Positions 7,910 to 17,859 of a DNA stretch of 24,000 nt are shown piece by piece. Within the stretch, counting starts at the first letter, position 1; the number at the start of each line of letters is the position of its first letter. The stretch spans positions 2,484,356 to 2,508,355 of the forward strand of contig CP121690.1 in assembly GCA_038396605.1 (NCBI GenBank). The letters are read 5' to 3'. The DNA is from Eubacteriales bacterium mix99. Lineage in GTDB: Bacteria; Bacillota; Clostridia; Caldicoprobacterales; DTU083. Under the pieces are notes generated by a model. That model saw only the letters and a program-made list of their open reading frames with translations. It searched no databases and had not been told where the DNA came from. The position numbers and the translations under genes are program-made.

Positions 7910-9119
7910 ATATGTAAGGATTCTTCTGGCAAGGGATCCCTTGCTGCGTCAGGTAAGGGTAAGAGGAGAGATTTCCAATTGCAGGTATCCTTCTTCCGGT
8001 CATATCTATTTTACATTAAAGGATGACCAGGACAGGATACGATGCGTACTGTTCCGCCAAAACGCCATTCATCTGAATTTCATGCCGGCGGACGGTATGC
8101 GGATTGTTGCAGAAGGGACGGTTTCCCTGTACAGCAGGGACGGACAGTATCAGCTTTATGTGGAGGAAATGGAACGGGAGGGCCTGGGAGATCTTCATCT
8201 TGCCTTTGAGGCAATGAAAAACAGACTTCAGAAGGAAGGATTGTTTGACCCTGCAGGGAAAAAGCCTCTTCCCCTGATGCCGAAGAAAATTGCAGTCATC
8301 ACTTCCCATACGGGAGCGGCTGTACGGGATATCCTCCGTGTTCTGCGGCACCGGAGCCGAACGGTGGATATCCTGATTCTTCCCGTTGCCGTTCAGGGAG
8401 CAAAAGCAGGCGGGCAGATTGCCAGCGCCATTGCCTATGCAAATACCAGGAAGGATATTGATCTGATCATTACCGGACGAGGGGGAGGTTCCATAGAAGA
8501 ATTGTGGGCCTTCAACGAGGAAGAGGTGGCCCGGGCCATCTTTCACTCGGAACTACCAGTTATTTCTGCTGTTGGACATGAAACGGACTTTACCATATCG
8601 GATTTTGTGGCGGATGTACGGGCAGCCACCCCATCAAATGCTGCGGAGATGGCTGTATCGGAAACATCCCGCCTTCTTTCTGTAACGGAAGGACTGAAAA
8701 AGCGTCTGATCGATGCCATGACGCGCCTTCTGTTGAATAAGCGGCATCAGCTGGATATGCTGAGAAGCCATTATGTATTCCGAACACCACGGATGCTCCT
8801 GGACCGGCAGAGCCAGCATGTGGACCTGCTGTCGCAAAGACTGACGGCTGCTATGCAATCCGATTTGCATGGAAAGAAGGAGGAGATGGGTAAAATTGTG
8901 TCTTCCCTGAATGCCTTGAGTCCGTTGAATGTGCTGTCCAGAGGATATGCCGCGGTGCTTCCGGAAAAGGGGACGGTACCGTTCCGTTCTGTCCGGGAGG
9001 TAAAGGTTCCGGATCGGTTGAAACTTCTTATGCGGGACGGCAGGATTTTTGTTACGGTGGAGGAGATACGACCGGATAAAGGCGAGCCATGGACTTCAGG
9101 GCAGAGCAGGAAGGGGTAA
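7872..9119 (+). CDS. xseA: Exodeoxyribonuclease VII large subunit
   Basis: [58 protein letters not shown]...[14 protein letters not shown]. Start set at ATG 7872 after the AGGAGGGG RBS at 7861; the track start 7665 is upstream read-through. Confidence 0.96.
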   Translation: [415 protein letters not shown]

Positions 9120-9131
9120 AGCAACGATATT

Positions 9132-9398
9132 ATGGAAAAAGAGGAGAAAGAGAAGCAAACCATTTCTTTTGAAGAAGCGGTAAAGGAATTGGAGTCCGTC
9201 GTAAATACACTGGAAGCCGGTGAGGTTTCCCTGGAAGAGTCCCTGAAGCTGTTTCAGAGAGGCATTTTCCTGACAAATCTTTGCAATAAAAAGCTGACGG
9301 AAGCAGAAGGCGTTGTAAAAATTTTGTACCGTGAGGATACCGGGGAGCTGCGGGAAATGCCTTTCGGGGAAGAGGAAGAAAAGGAGCTGGGGGAATAA
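9132..9398 (+). CDS. xseB: Exodeoxyribonuclease VII small subunit
   Basis: ISFEEAVKELESVVNTLEAGEVSLEESLKLFQRGIFLTNLCNKKLTEAE. Confidence 0.96.
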   Translation: MEKEEKEKQTISFEEAVKELESVVNTLEAGEVSLEESLKLFQRGIFLTNLCNKKLTEAEGVVKILYREDTGELREMPFGEEEEKELGE

Positions 9399-10315
9399 TG
9401 GACTTTCAGAGCGTTTATCGTCAAAAGGTACAGTCTGTCAACCTTGCCCTGGAGCAATTGCTGAAGGAATACCGGGATTGTCCGCCGGCCATTCATAACG
9501 CAATGAAATACAGCCTGATGGCAGGCGGAAAACGATTGCGTCCTGTTTTATTCCTGGAAGCCTATGAGCTGACATGCCGATATCAACATAAGGAGCCGGA
9601 AACGGCTTTGGTAGAGCCTATGGCATGTGCGTTGGAAATGATTCATACCTATTCTCTGATCCATGACGATTTACCGGCTATGGATAACGACGATTACCGA
9701 AGGGGAAAGCGGACCAATCACAAGGTTTTTGGCGAAGCAATGGCCATTTTGGCAGGAGACGGCCTTCTGAATCTTGCCTACGAAGTGATGCTGGATCATA
9801 TGCCAAAAGACGGAATAAAACACCCCGGTTATCCGAAAGCCATGTCCGTCCTTGCCCATTCTGCAGGTATTTTCGGCATGATCGGGGGTCAGGTTGTCGA
9901 TATGCAAAGTGAGAATATGGATTGCAACCGGTCGGACGACACCTTACTGGATTATATCCATACCCATAAAACGGAGGCCTTAATTACCGGCTCCCTGAAA
10001 GCCGGTGCTTTGGCTGCGGATGGGGATGAATTTGTGACTAATACGGTTGTCGCTTATGGAAAGGCCTATGGAATGGCGTTTCAGATTACGGACGATATTC
10101 TGGATGTGACTGGGGATCCGTCGGTTTTGGGCAAGCTTCCCGGCAGCGATGAAAAGCAGGGAAAACTGACTTATCCGGCCCGATTCGGTCTTGAACTCTC
10201 CGGGGAAATGGCAAAGAAGTATGTGGAGCAGGCGGTCTCCACGATGAATGGGTTCGGATCCGAAGGGGAATTTTTAAGACAACTTGCCTTTTCCGTCCGG
10301 AACAGGAATCAATAA
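9398..10315 (+). CDS. ispA: Farnesyl diphosphate synthase / polyprenyl synthetase family
   Basis: GGKRLRPVLFLEAYEL, DDLPAMDNDDYRRGKRTNHKVFGEAMAILAGDGLL, FQITDDILDVTGDPSVLGKLPGSDEKQGKLTYP; TAATG overlap with xseB. Confidence 0.96.
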   Translation: MDFQSVYRQKVQSVNLALEQLLKEYRDCPPAIHNAMKYSLMAGGKRLRPVLFLEAYELTCRYQHKEPETALVEPMACALEMIHTYSLIHDDLPAMDNDDYRRGKRTNHKVFGEAMAILAGDGLLNLAYEVMLDHMPKDGIKHPGYPKAMSVLAHSAGIFGMIGGQVVDMQSENMDCNRSDDTLLDYIHTHKTEALITGSLKAGALAADGDEFVTNTVVAYGKAYGMAFQITDDILDVTGDPSVLGKLPGSDEKQGKLTYPARFGLELSGEMAKKYVEQAVSTMNGFGSEGEFLRQLAFSVRNRNQ

Positions 10316-10372
10316 GGGAATCCTTTGGAGCCGTAGCAGGGTACAGCTGGAAAGCATGGGCAACAGGCGTTC

Positions 10373-10401
10373 TTGTCGATGACTGTGTTTCATGATATAA
10401 T
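10373..10401 (+). promoter_or_regulatory. SigA-type promoter with extended -10 for dxs and downstream genes
   Basis: TTGTCG (10373-10378), 17-nt spacer, TATAAT (10396-10401) preceded by TGA. Confidence 0.7.
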
Positions 10402-10485
10402 TTGAGTGATACGTCGAAAAAGACGGATGCTGCGACAATCCAGGAGCTCAGGTTGGCAAGGCTCGGAAAGAAAGAGGAATCAACA

Positions 10486-12390
10486 ATGGCACTGCTGGAG
10501 CAAATAAACGATCCGAGGGATTTAAAAGCCCTGAGTCCGAAACAACTGATCCTTCTTGCGAAAGAGATCCGACAGTTTGTTCTGGAGCATGTAGCAACCA
10601 CCGGGGGGCATTTGGCATCCAATCTTGGAGTCGTGGAGCTTACCATAGCTCTGCATTATGTGTACAACAGCCCCATTGATAAAATCGTCTGGGATGTCGG
10701 CCATCAATGCTATGTACACAAAATTCTGACATCCCGCAGGGATCAGTTTTTCACTCTTCGCCAAAAAGGCGGACTAAGTGGGTTTCCTAAAAGATCGGAA
10801 AGCGTTCATGACATTTTTGAAACCGGCCACAGCAGCACTTCACTGTCTGCTGCTTTGGGAATCGCAAGGGCACGGGATATGAAAGGGGAGGATTATCATG
10901 TTCTGGCAGTCATAGGGGATGGCGCCCTGACGGGCGGTATGGCCTATGAAGCCCTGAACGATGCCGGCCACCAGGATACGAATCTTACCGTCATTCTGAA
11001 CGACAATGAAATGTCCATTGCCCCGAATGTCGGGGCAATGGCGGCCTATTTATCCAAAATCCGATCCAGTCCGCACTATAAGAATATGAAAAGGAGAGTG
11101 GATAAGGCTTTGCGAAGCCTGCCGGTCGGCGGGGATTGGCTTGCAGATAAGGTGGAAAAGTTAAAGAACAGCTTCAAATATCTCTTGGTATCGGGTGTCC
11201 TGTTTGAAGAACTGGGATATACCTATATCGGGCCGGTGGATGGTCATGATCTTCCGCTGCTGATCAGCATTCTGAACCGTGCCAAGCAGACTCAGGGACC
11301 AACACTGATTCATGTTGTCACGAAAAAGGGGAAGGGTTATTCGTTTTCGGAAGCCAATCCAGCCCGTTATCATGGAGTTTCTCCCTTTGATATCCGTCGG
11401 GGGTGCGTGTCGCGTCCAGGTCCATACAAAAGCTATTCCGTGGTTTTGGGTCAGCATCTGACAAAGTTGGCACAGAAAGATCCTTCCATTGTCGCCATTA
11501 CGGCTGCCATGCCGGATGGAACCGGTTTGATCCCTTTTCAGAAACAGTTTCCGGACCGCTTTTTTGATGTGGGGATCGCAGAGCAGCATGCCGTTACATT
11601 TGCAGCAGGGCTGGCGATAAACGGGATGAAGCCGGTGGTGGCGATTTATTCCTCGTTTCTGCAGAGGGCATACGATCAAATACTGCATGATGTTTGCCGT
11701 CAGAATCTGCCGGTAATACTTGCCATTGACCATGCAGGACTGGTTGGAGAAGACGGGGACACGCATCAGGGAGTGTTTGATCTCAGTTACTTGCGGCACA
11801 TTCCAAATTTGACCATTCTGGCTCCGAAAAATACTTCAGAACTTCGATATATGCTGGATTATTCCCTTCAGCAGAACCGTCCGATTGCGATCCGATATCC
11901 AAAAGGTTACAGCAAAGTAACAGAAAAGCTGCCGAGTTTTCCGCTGACGGACTTATCATGGGAGATTCTGGAGAATGGCAGGGACCTTGTCTTGCTGGCA
12001 GTGGGATCCATGGTGGAAACGGCTTTGCTGGCAGCAAAAATTCTGAAAGGGCAGGGAATCCATCCTGCGGTGGTCAATGCACGAACAGTGAAACCCCTGG
12101 ATCAGGAAATGATGAACCGTTTCCTGCAGGATCGATGTCAGCTATGGGTTACATTGGAAGACAATGTGACAGAAGGGGGATTTGGAAGCAGCATAGATGA
12201 ATATGTCATGGGATACGAAGCCAGGGTAAAGGTAGTCAACATGGGGATACCCGATCGTTTTATTGCCCATGGCTCCGTAAGCGAACTGCGGAAAGATCTC
12301 AAACTGGATCCGGCCGGTATTGCAGTCCGGATTTGTTCTGTTCTTGGGAGGGAAATGACTTGTGAGAAGTCCTCGGAAAGAGCGTATTGA
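10486..12390 (+). CDS. dxs: 1-deoxy-D-xylulose-5-phosphate synthase
   Basis: HVATTGGHLASNLGVVELTIALHYVYNSP, GHQCYVHKILTSRR, AVIGDGALTGGMAYEALNDAG, FFDVGIAEQHAVTFAAGLA. Start at ATG 10486 rather than the track's 10402, which lies immediately at the putative -10 element. Confidence 0.96.
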   Translation: MALLEQINDPRDLKALSPKQLILLAKEIRQFVLEHVATTGGHLASNLGVVELTIALHYVYNSPIDKIVWDVGHQCYVHKILTSRRDQFFTLRQKGGLSGFPKRSESVHDIFETGHSSTSLSAALGIARARDMKGEDYHVLAVIGDGALTGGMAYEALNDAGHQDTNLTVILNDNEMSIAPNVGAMAAYLSKIRSSPHYKNMKRRVDKALRSLPVGGDWLADKVEKLKNSFKYLLVSGVLFEELGYTYIGPVDGHDLPLLISILNRAKQTQGPTLIHVVTKKGKGYSFSEANPARYHGVSPFDIRRGCVSRPGPYKSYSVVLGQHLTKLAQKDPSIVAITAAMPDGTGLIPFQKQFPDRFFDVGIAEQHAVTFAAGLAINGMKPVVAIYSSFLQRAYDQILHDVCRQNLPVILAIDHAGLVGEDGDTHQGVFDLSYLRHIPNLTILAPKNTSELRYMLDYSLQQNRPIAIRYPKGYSKVTEKLPSFPLTDLSWEILENGRDLVLLAVGSMVETALLAAKILKGQGIHPAVVNARTVKPLDQEMMNRFLQDRCQLWVTLEDNVTEGGFGSSIDEYVMGYEARVKVVNMGIPDRFIAHGSVSELRKDLKLDPAGIAVRICSVLGREMTCEKSSERAY

Positions 12391-13195
12391 TGTCCTCATG
12401 GTACAAAAAGGGCTTTCTGACAACAGAGAAAAAGCGAAAAGGATTCTGATGTCCGGACTGGTCTTTGTCAATCAGCAGAGAGTGGACAAGCCGGGTACGC
12501 TTGTTCCTGTCATGGGAAATATTGAAGTCCGGGCAAAGAACCCTTTTGTCAGTCGCGGCGGACGGAAGCTGGAGAAGGCGTTGGACCGGTTTCCGGTATC
12601 GGTATGCGGACGCAATTGGCTGGATATCGGTGCCTCGACCGGAGGCTTCACCGATTGTCTCCTGAAGCATGGCGCCGCAAAGGTGTATTCCATAGATGTC
12701 GGATATGGACAGCTGGCATGGAGACTGCGTCAGGATTCCAGGGTTGTGGTGATGGAACGAACGAATATACGGAATGTAAAAAAGGAGGATCTGAATTCTC
12801 CTGTGAACGGTGCAGCCATAGATGTATCTTTTATTTCGTTGAAGCTTGTCCTTCCTGTGGTCTCCCGGCTTCTGACGGAGGATAGCCCTGTCCTGTCCCT
12901 GATCAAGCCTCAGTTCGAGGTGGAGAGAGATGAGGTGGGAGAAAAGGGAGTTGTTCGGGAGGCCGGTCTGCACAGAAGGGTTGTGGAAGAGATATTGGAG
13001 TTTGCACAGGATATGGGATGGAAGATTCAGGATCTGGACTTTTCTCCCATAACCGGGCCGAAAGGCAATATAGAATTTCTGGCATATTTTAGGAAAGGTG
13101 GAGGGGACGGATTGCGTTTGGAGGACAGGGAAATATTAGTGAATAAGACCGTTCAGACAGCCCATGATACTTTTGATAAGCGGGTGACAAAATGA
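12362..13195 (+). CDS. tlyA: TlyA/YqxC family rRNA (2'-O) methyltransferase, S4 + FtsJ-like domains
   Basis: KERIDVLMVQKGLSDNREKAKRILMSGLVFVNQQRVDKPG (S4), VSRGGRKLEKAL...WLDIGASTGGFTDCLLKHGAAKVYSIDVGYGQLAWRLR. GTG start, 29-nt overlap with dxs. Confidence 0.93.
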   Translation: MRSPRKERIDVLMVQKGLSDNREKAKRILMSGLVFVNQQRVDKPGTLVPVMGNIEVRAKNPFVSRGGRKLEKALDRFPVSVCGRNWLDIGASTGGFTDCLLKHGAAKVYSIDVGYGQLAWRLRQDSRVVVMERTNIRNVKKEDLNSPVNGAAIDVSFISLKLVLPVVSRLLTEDSPVLSLIKPQFEVERDEVGEKGVVREAGLHRRVVEEILEFAQDMGWKIQDLDFSPITGPKGNIEFLAYFRKGGGDGLRLEDREILVNKTVQTAHDTFDKRVTK

Positions 13196-14046
13196 TACAG
13201 GTCGGTATCATATCCAACTTATGTAAGGATATCGGCGGAAAAAATGCCGGAAAAATCATACGGTGTATGAAGGGACGGAATATGAACCCCCTGGTTTCCA
13301 TACCGGTTTATCAGCTCTTGAACGTCGGCACTCCCCTGGAGGAAAAGAAATTGTACCAACAGTCTGATTTGATCCTGGTACTGGGCGGGGACGGCACGAT
13401 TTTACGGGCGGCCAGGCCGGCAGCAATCTATGGAAAGCCTATTCTGGGCATGAATCTCGGCCAGCTTGGTTTTATGGCTGAGGCGGAAATGGCGGATTGC
13501 GAATCCATCCTGGATGCTTTGTCTTCCGGTTCGTATCACATTGAAAAACGAATGATGCTGGATGCGGAAGTCCTGCGGGACGGGAAGGCCATGGGCCGGT
13601 CTGTTGCGTTGAATGATATGGCAGTGGCAAAAAGCGCTTTTGCTCGTATGATTCATCTGGAAGTTCAGATCAATGGAGAATTTGTCAACCATTATGCAGC
13701 AGATGGTCTTTTGATATCCAGCCCTACCGGATCCACAGCTTATTCCCTTTCTGCAGGCGGACCAGTCATCCAACCGGACATGGAATGTCTTCTGGTTACC
13801 CCGATTTGCCCCCACACATTGAACTCCAGACCGATTGTAACCAATCCCTGTGCGGAGGTTGAAGTGGAAGTCCAGGATAAAGACAGGAATATGCAGCTGA
13901 CGGCAGACGGCCAGGAAACGGTGGACCTTCAGGACGGAGATCGGATCCGGATCCATAAATCCAATCGGATCACCCAATTGATATGTCTTCCCGGATCTGG
14001 CTTCTTTCACCTGCTCCGCAGTAAATTATCCGTCCGAACAGATTAA
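13192..14046 (+). CDS. nadK: NAD kinase
   Basis: SDLILVLGGDGTILRAAR, GMNLGQLGFMAE, YAADGLLISSPTGSTAYSLSAGGPVIQPD; ATGA overlap with the upstream gene. Confidence 0.97.
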   Translation: MIQVGIISNLCKDIGGKNAGKIIRCMKGRNMNPLVSIPVYQLLNVGTPLEEKKLYQQSDLILVLGGDGTILRAARPAAIYGKPILGMNLGQLGFMAEAEMADCESILDALSSGSYHIEKRMMLDAEVLRDGKAMGRSVALNDMAVAKSAFARMIHLEVQINGEFVNHYAADGLLISSPTGSTAYSLSAGGPVIQPDMECLLVTPICPHTLNSRPIVTNPCAEVEVEVQDKDRNMQLTADGQETVDLQDGDRIRIHKSNRITQLICLPGSGFFHLLRSKLSVRTD

Positions 14047-14067
14047 GATGGGAGAGTGACCGGTACA

Positions 14068-14538
14068 ATGAAGTATGACAGACATTCCCTGATATTGAAA
14101 ATCATTGAGGAGAAGGACATTGAGACGCAGGAGGAACTGGCAGAGGAACTCCGGAGATATGGAATGGATGTGACGCAGGCTACGGTATCCAGGGACATCA
14201 AGGAATTACGGCTGGCGAAGGTACTGGGCAAATCCGGCATTTATAAATATGCCGCTCTGGAGCAGTCCGAATCCGATCTGTCCGACCGCTTGATCCGGGT
14301 ATTTTCGGAATCGGTGATATCAATGGAGCATACTGACAATCTGATTGTCATCAAAACAATCGTTGCAGGAGCACAGGCTGCCGCATCTGCCATTGATGCC
14401 ATGAACTGGCCGGAGATTATAGGCTGTATTGCGGGGGATGACACCATACTTGTTATCCTGAGGAGTGGTTCCATTGTCGGCGATGTTCTGAAACGCTTTT
14501 CCAGACTGATGCATCCGTCATCCGGAAACAAGTCATAA
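14068..14538 (+). CDS. argR: Arginine repressor ArgR
   Basis: IEEKDIETQEELAEELRRYGMDVTQATVSRDIKELRL and C-terminal VLRSGSIVGDVLKRF; ATG 14068 preferred over GTG 14056. Confidence 0.95.
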   Translation: MKYDRHSLILKIIEEKDIETQEELAEELRRYGMDVTQATVSRDIKELRLAKVLGKSGIYKYAALEQSESDLSDRLIRVFSESVISMEHTDNLIVIKTIVAGAQAAASAIDAMNWPEIIGCIAGDDTILVILRSGSIVGDVLKRFSRLMHPSSGNKS

Positions 14539-14615
14539 GACCATATGGATGCAGTTCGGGCAGCCTGTGACGGAAATATCACGAGGCACTGTTGTCATGG
14601 ATTAAGGGGGATAAC

Positions 14616-16316
14616 ATGATTCATGAAATTTCAATCAGAAATATTGCCCTGATTGACGATCTGACGATTTCCTTTGAGAAGGGGTTCAATGTATTGACGG
14701 GGGAAACCGGTGCCGGAAAATCCATCCTCATAGATTCCGTAAATCTTGCCCTGGGAGAGAGGGCAGACAGGGAGCTGATTCAGACCGGAAAAGATCATGC
14801 CAGGGTGGAATTGCTGTTTTCCATGGTAACCGGAAAAGTCAATGAGATTTTGAAGAGCTACGGGATTGAACCGGAATCCGACGGAACTCTGCTTTTAATG
14901 AGGGAACTGACCGTTCAGGGGAGAAACATCTGCCGGATCAATGGACACTCCGTTACCCTTTCCATGCTTCGCAACGTCAGCAGGCATTTGGTGGATGTCC
15001 ATGGGCAGCATCAGCATCAATCCCTGCTTTCTGCAGAATCCCACATTGATTACCTGGATCGGCTGGGTGGTGACGAGTTGAAATCCCAAAAAGAGGGCTT
15101 CCAAAAAACCTGGCAGTCCTGGAAGTCGATTCAGAAGGAAATCAACAAAATAATCAACCGGAACAAGGACGGGGAAACCCGAAAGGATTTTTTGAAGTAT
15201 CAGATTGATGAGATTGAACAGGCCAGTCTGAAGCCGGGTGAGGAAGAGGAACTGCGGAAAGAACGGGAAGTTCTGATTCATGCAGAAAAAATCATTCATG
15301 CGGTAACCGACGCCTATGGGCAGCTTTATTCCGGGACAAATGTGACACCATCGATTACGGACCAGTTGGGGAAAGTCCTTGATCAGCTGCATACCGTGGA
15401 ATCTTTCGATGAATCTTTGGAGCCTGTTCTGCATTCATTGGAAAATATACAGTACTCTCTTGAAGATGCCATACTGAACCTGAGAGCCTATAAAGAACGT
15501 TTTGAATTTGATCCTCTCCGACTGGAGAATATCGAAACCCGACTGGAAGAAATTCAGGCTGTCAAAAGGAAATATCGTGGTACGGCAGAAGAGGTGCTGG
15601 AGCGGAAAAAGCAGATGGAATCTGAACTGGAGGAAATTGAAAAAAGTCAGGGACGACTGGAATCCCTGCAGGAGAAATATCAATCCACTTATCAAACCGT
15701 ACTTGCAAAATGCCGGCAGATTTCCCACACCCGTAAGCGATGTGCGAAGTTTCTTGAGAGCGGGCTGGCCAGGCAACTGGCAGACCTGAATATGGAGAAA
15801 ACACAGTTTCGGGTTTCTTTTATGACACCGGATGCAGCCGATATCACGGAAAACGGCTACGATAAGGTGGAATTTCAGATTTCAACAAATCCGGGAGAAC
15901 CTCTGAAGCCATTGGCGAAGATTGTATCAGGAGGGGAGATGTCCCGCGTGATGCTGGCATTCAAAACGATACTGGGCAATCTGGATGAAATCCCGACCAT
16001 GATTTTTGACGAAATTGATGTGGGCATCGGCGGCAGAACCGCACAAAGTGTAGCAGAAAAGATCCGTGCCATTTCAAAAAACCGACAGGTAATCTGCGTG
16101 ACGCATCTGCCTCAGATTGCTTCCATGGCAGATGGACATTATGCCATTGAGAAAAAATTTACAGGCAATCATACCCGCACTTTGGTTTCCAAACTGGGGC
16201 CGGAAGAACGAAAAAAGGAAATTGCCAGAATGATTGGAGGGTCTTCCCTGACACCATTAAGTCTCCGGCATGCCGGCGAACTGATTGCATCGGCGTCGCA
16301 GCATAAAAATTCCTGA
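14616..16316 (+). CDS. recN: DNA repair protein RecN
   Basis: MIHEISIRNIALIDDLTISFEKGFNVLTGETGAGKSILIDSVNLALGERAD...VSGGEMSRVMLAFKTILG...TMIFDEIDVGIGGRTAQSVAEKI; AGGGGG RBS before 14616. Confidence 0.97.
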   Translation: MIHEISIRNIALIDDLTISFEKGFNVLTGETGAGKSILIDSVNLALGERADRELIQTGKDHARVELLFSMVTGKVNEILKSYGIEPESDGTLLLMRELTVQGRNICRINGHSVTLSMLRNVSRHLVDVHGQHQHQSLLSAESHIDYLDRLGGDELKSQKEGFQKTWQSWKSIQKEINKIINRNKDGETRKDFLKYQIDEIEQASLKPGEEEELRKEREVLIHAEKIIHAVTDAYGQLYSGTNVTPSITDQLGKVLDQLHTVESFDESLEPVLHSLENIQYSLEDAILNLRAYKERFEFDPLRLENIETRLEEIQAVKRKYRGTAEEVLERKKQMESELEEIEKSQGRLESLQEKYQSTYQTVLAKCRQISHTRKRCAKFLESGLARQLADLNMEKTQFRVSFMTPDAADITENGYDKVEFQISTNPGEPLKPLAKIVSGGEMSRVMLAFKTILGNLDEIPTMIFDEIDVGIGGRTAQSVAEKIRAISKNRQVICVTHLPQIASMADGHYAIEKKFTGNHTRTLVSKLGPEERKKEIARMIGGSSLTPLSLRHAGELIASASQHKNS

Positions 16317-16440
16317 AAACGGATATCCCTTTTTTTCTAGTTTATGCGATACCTTCCCTGTATAAATCATTTTTGAAAGGTTAACTTAAGATCATGCCCG
16401 GCAACTATGGACAAAAAATGATTTTGCAGGAGCGTGGAGG

Positions 16441-17739
16441 ATGAGAAAGGGAATCATCAAAAAAATAGCGGGAGTTTTATTGGCAGCATTCTTCCTGGCC
16501 TTTAATTACTCCTCTTATGTTCAGAATATTGTTAAGTTTCCGACCGAACTGGAGATCTTTGAAGGGGATACCCAGACATTGAATTTTCGCCTGCCATTGC
16601 AGGTAAAGATCCGAAGCAGGGACAAAAATGTACTGAAGCTCAACGGGGATTCCCTGAAGGATCAACAATACTGCCAGGTAAATCAGCCGTTGGCGATTCA
16701 ACCGGTAAAGCAGGGATATGTCAATCTGGATTTCAGATTATTTGGTGTGATCCCGATCAAACAGCTCAAAATAAACGTTACATCCCAAAAAGCCCTCATA
16801 CCGGGCGGCAATTCCATCGGGGTGTCTTTGTATACAAACGGGGCATTGATTGTCGGCACATCGGAAGTGACAGATGCTGATGGAGTCACCCATTTTCCGG
16901 CCATGGATGCCGGCCTTCTGCCGGGCGATGTCATCGAGAAGATTAATAGCGTCACGGTAAAGGATGCCAACCATTTATCCAGGCTTGTAAATAAAGTCAG
17001 GGGCATCGCAGTGGATCTGGAATGTAAACGGGACAACCGGATTTTTGTTACACAAATCCATCCGGTAAAGGATGCAACCGACTCAAAATACCGTCTTGGA
17101 ATATGGGTGCGGGACAGTACCGCAGGAGTCGGAACCCTGACTTTTGTCGATCCCGTGACAAAGCATATGGGCGCTTTGGGACATGCCATTACGGACGTGG
17201 ACACGGGTTCCCAGCTTTCTGTCAGAAATGGGGAGATTACCGAATCCGGAATTATTGATGTTAAAATCGGTAAAAAGGGGCTTCCTGGTGAATTGGTGGG
17301 AAATTTTACAGGTAAAAGGAAATCATTGGGCACAATTATAAAAAATACTTCCTATGGGATATACGGTAAGGCTTCCGGAAAGATCACCAATCCGATTTAC
17401 AAGGATCCGTTGTCCATTGCCCATCAGTATAATATCAAGCCGGGTAAGGCGTCCATCCTGACAACTATAGATGATCAGGGGATTCAGGAATACGATGTGC
17501 AGATTCTCAAGGTAAACCGACAGACCTCTCCGGGGCCCAAAGGCCTGGTCCTGGAAATTACCGATCCCAGGCTGTTGGAAAAAACAGGAGGAATTGTTCA
17601 GGGTATGAGCGGAAGCCCGATTATACAGGATGGAAAACTGGTGGGAGCCGTCACCCATGTATTCGTCAATGACCCGAAAAAGGGATACGGGATTTTCATC
17701 GAATGGATGCTGGAGGAATCGAATAAGATCATCGAATAG
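16441..17739 (+). CDS. spoIVB: SpoIVB peptidase (S55 family, PDZ-containing)
   Basis: N-terminal TM anchor, PDZ-like AGLLPGDVIEKINSVTV, GALGHAITDVDTG and GMSGSPIIQDGKLVGAVTHVFVNDPKKGYGIFIEWM (S55 catalytic His and Ser regions). Confidence 0.96.
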   Translation: MRKGIIKKIAGVLLAAFFLAFNYSSYVQNIVKFPTELEIFEGDTQTLNFRLPLQVKIRSRDKNVLKLNGDSLKDQQYCQVNQPLAIQPVKQGYVNLDFRLFGVIPIKQLKINVTSQKALIPGGNSIGVSLYTNGALIVGTSEVTDADGVTHFPAMDAGLLPGDVIEKINSVTVKDANHLSRLVNKVRGIAVDLECKRDNRIFVTQIHPVKDATDSKYRLGIWVRDSTAGVGTLTFVDPVTKHMGALGHAITDVDTGSQLSVRNGEITESGIIDVKIGKKGLPGELVGNFTGKRKSLGTIIKNTSYGIYGKASGKITNPIYKDPLSIAHQYNIKPGKASILTTIDDQGIQEYDVQILKVNRQTSPGPKGLVLEITDPRLLEKTGGIVQGMSGSPIIQDGKLVGAVTHVFVNDPKKGYGIFIEWMLEESNKIIE

Positions 17740-17777
17740 CGGACTTTTGTGTTTTAGAGGAATTTTCCAGAGAGGGA

Positions 17778-17804
17778 GAAGGAATACTGCTTCATTTGTC
17801 GAAT
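17778..17804 (+). promoter_or_regulatory. SigH-like promoter for spo0A overlapping a 0A box
   Basis: GAAGGAATA (matches RnAGGAwWW) at 17778-17786, 11-nt spacer, GTCGAAT (matches RnnGAAT) at 17798-17804. TGTCGAA (0A box core) at 17797-17803. Confidence 0.65.
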
Positions 17805-17859
17805 AGAATATTGGTATAAGCGACTGAAACCGGAAATTTTTTTAGGGGGGATACATGGA

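Noticed and set aside
11161-11799. Antisense ORF (212 aa) inside dxs
   Set aside because: Shadow of the conserved dxs reading frame.
12299-14010. Antisense ORFs 12299-12973 (224 aa) and 13402-14010 (202 aa)
   Set aside because: Opposite tlyA-like and nadK with conserved catalytic motifs on the + strand; no support for a real antisense protein.
16317-16440. T7 tract (16330-16336) after recN as a terminator, and TGTATA-type elements as a SigF/SigG promoter for spoIVB
   Set aside because: Only a loopless GGATATCC palindrome precedes the T tract, so there is no real stem-loop. I could not find a -10 with correct spacing for SigF or SigG.
17756-17785. Alternative SigH-like pair AGAGGAATT / AAGGAAT upstream of spo0A
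   Set aside because: Elements match but the spacer is 14 nt, outside the 11-12 nt range; the pair at 17778-17804 fits better.
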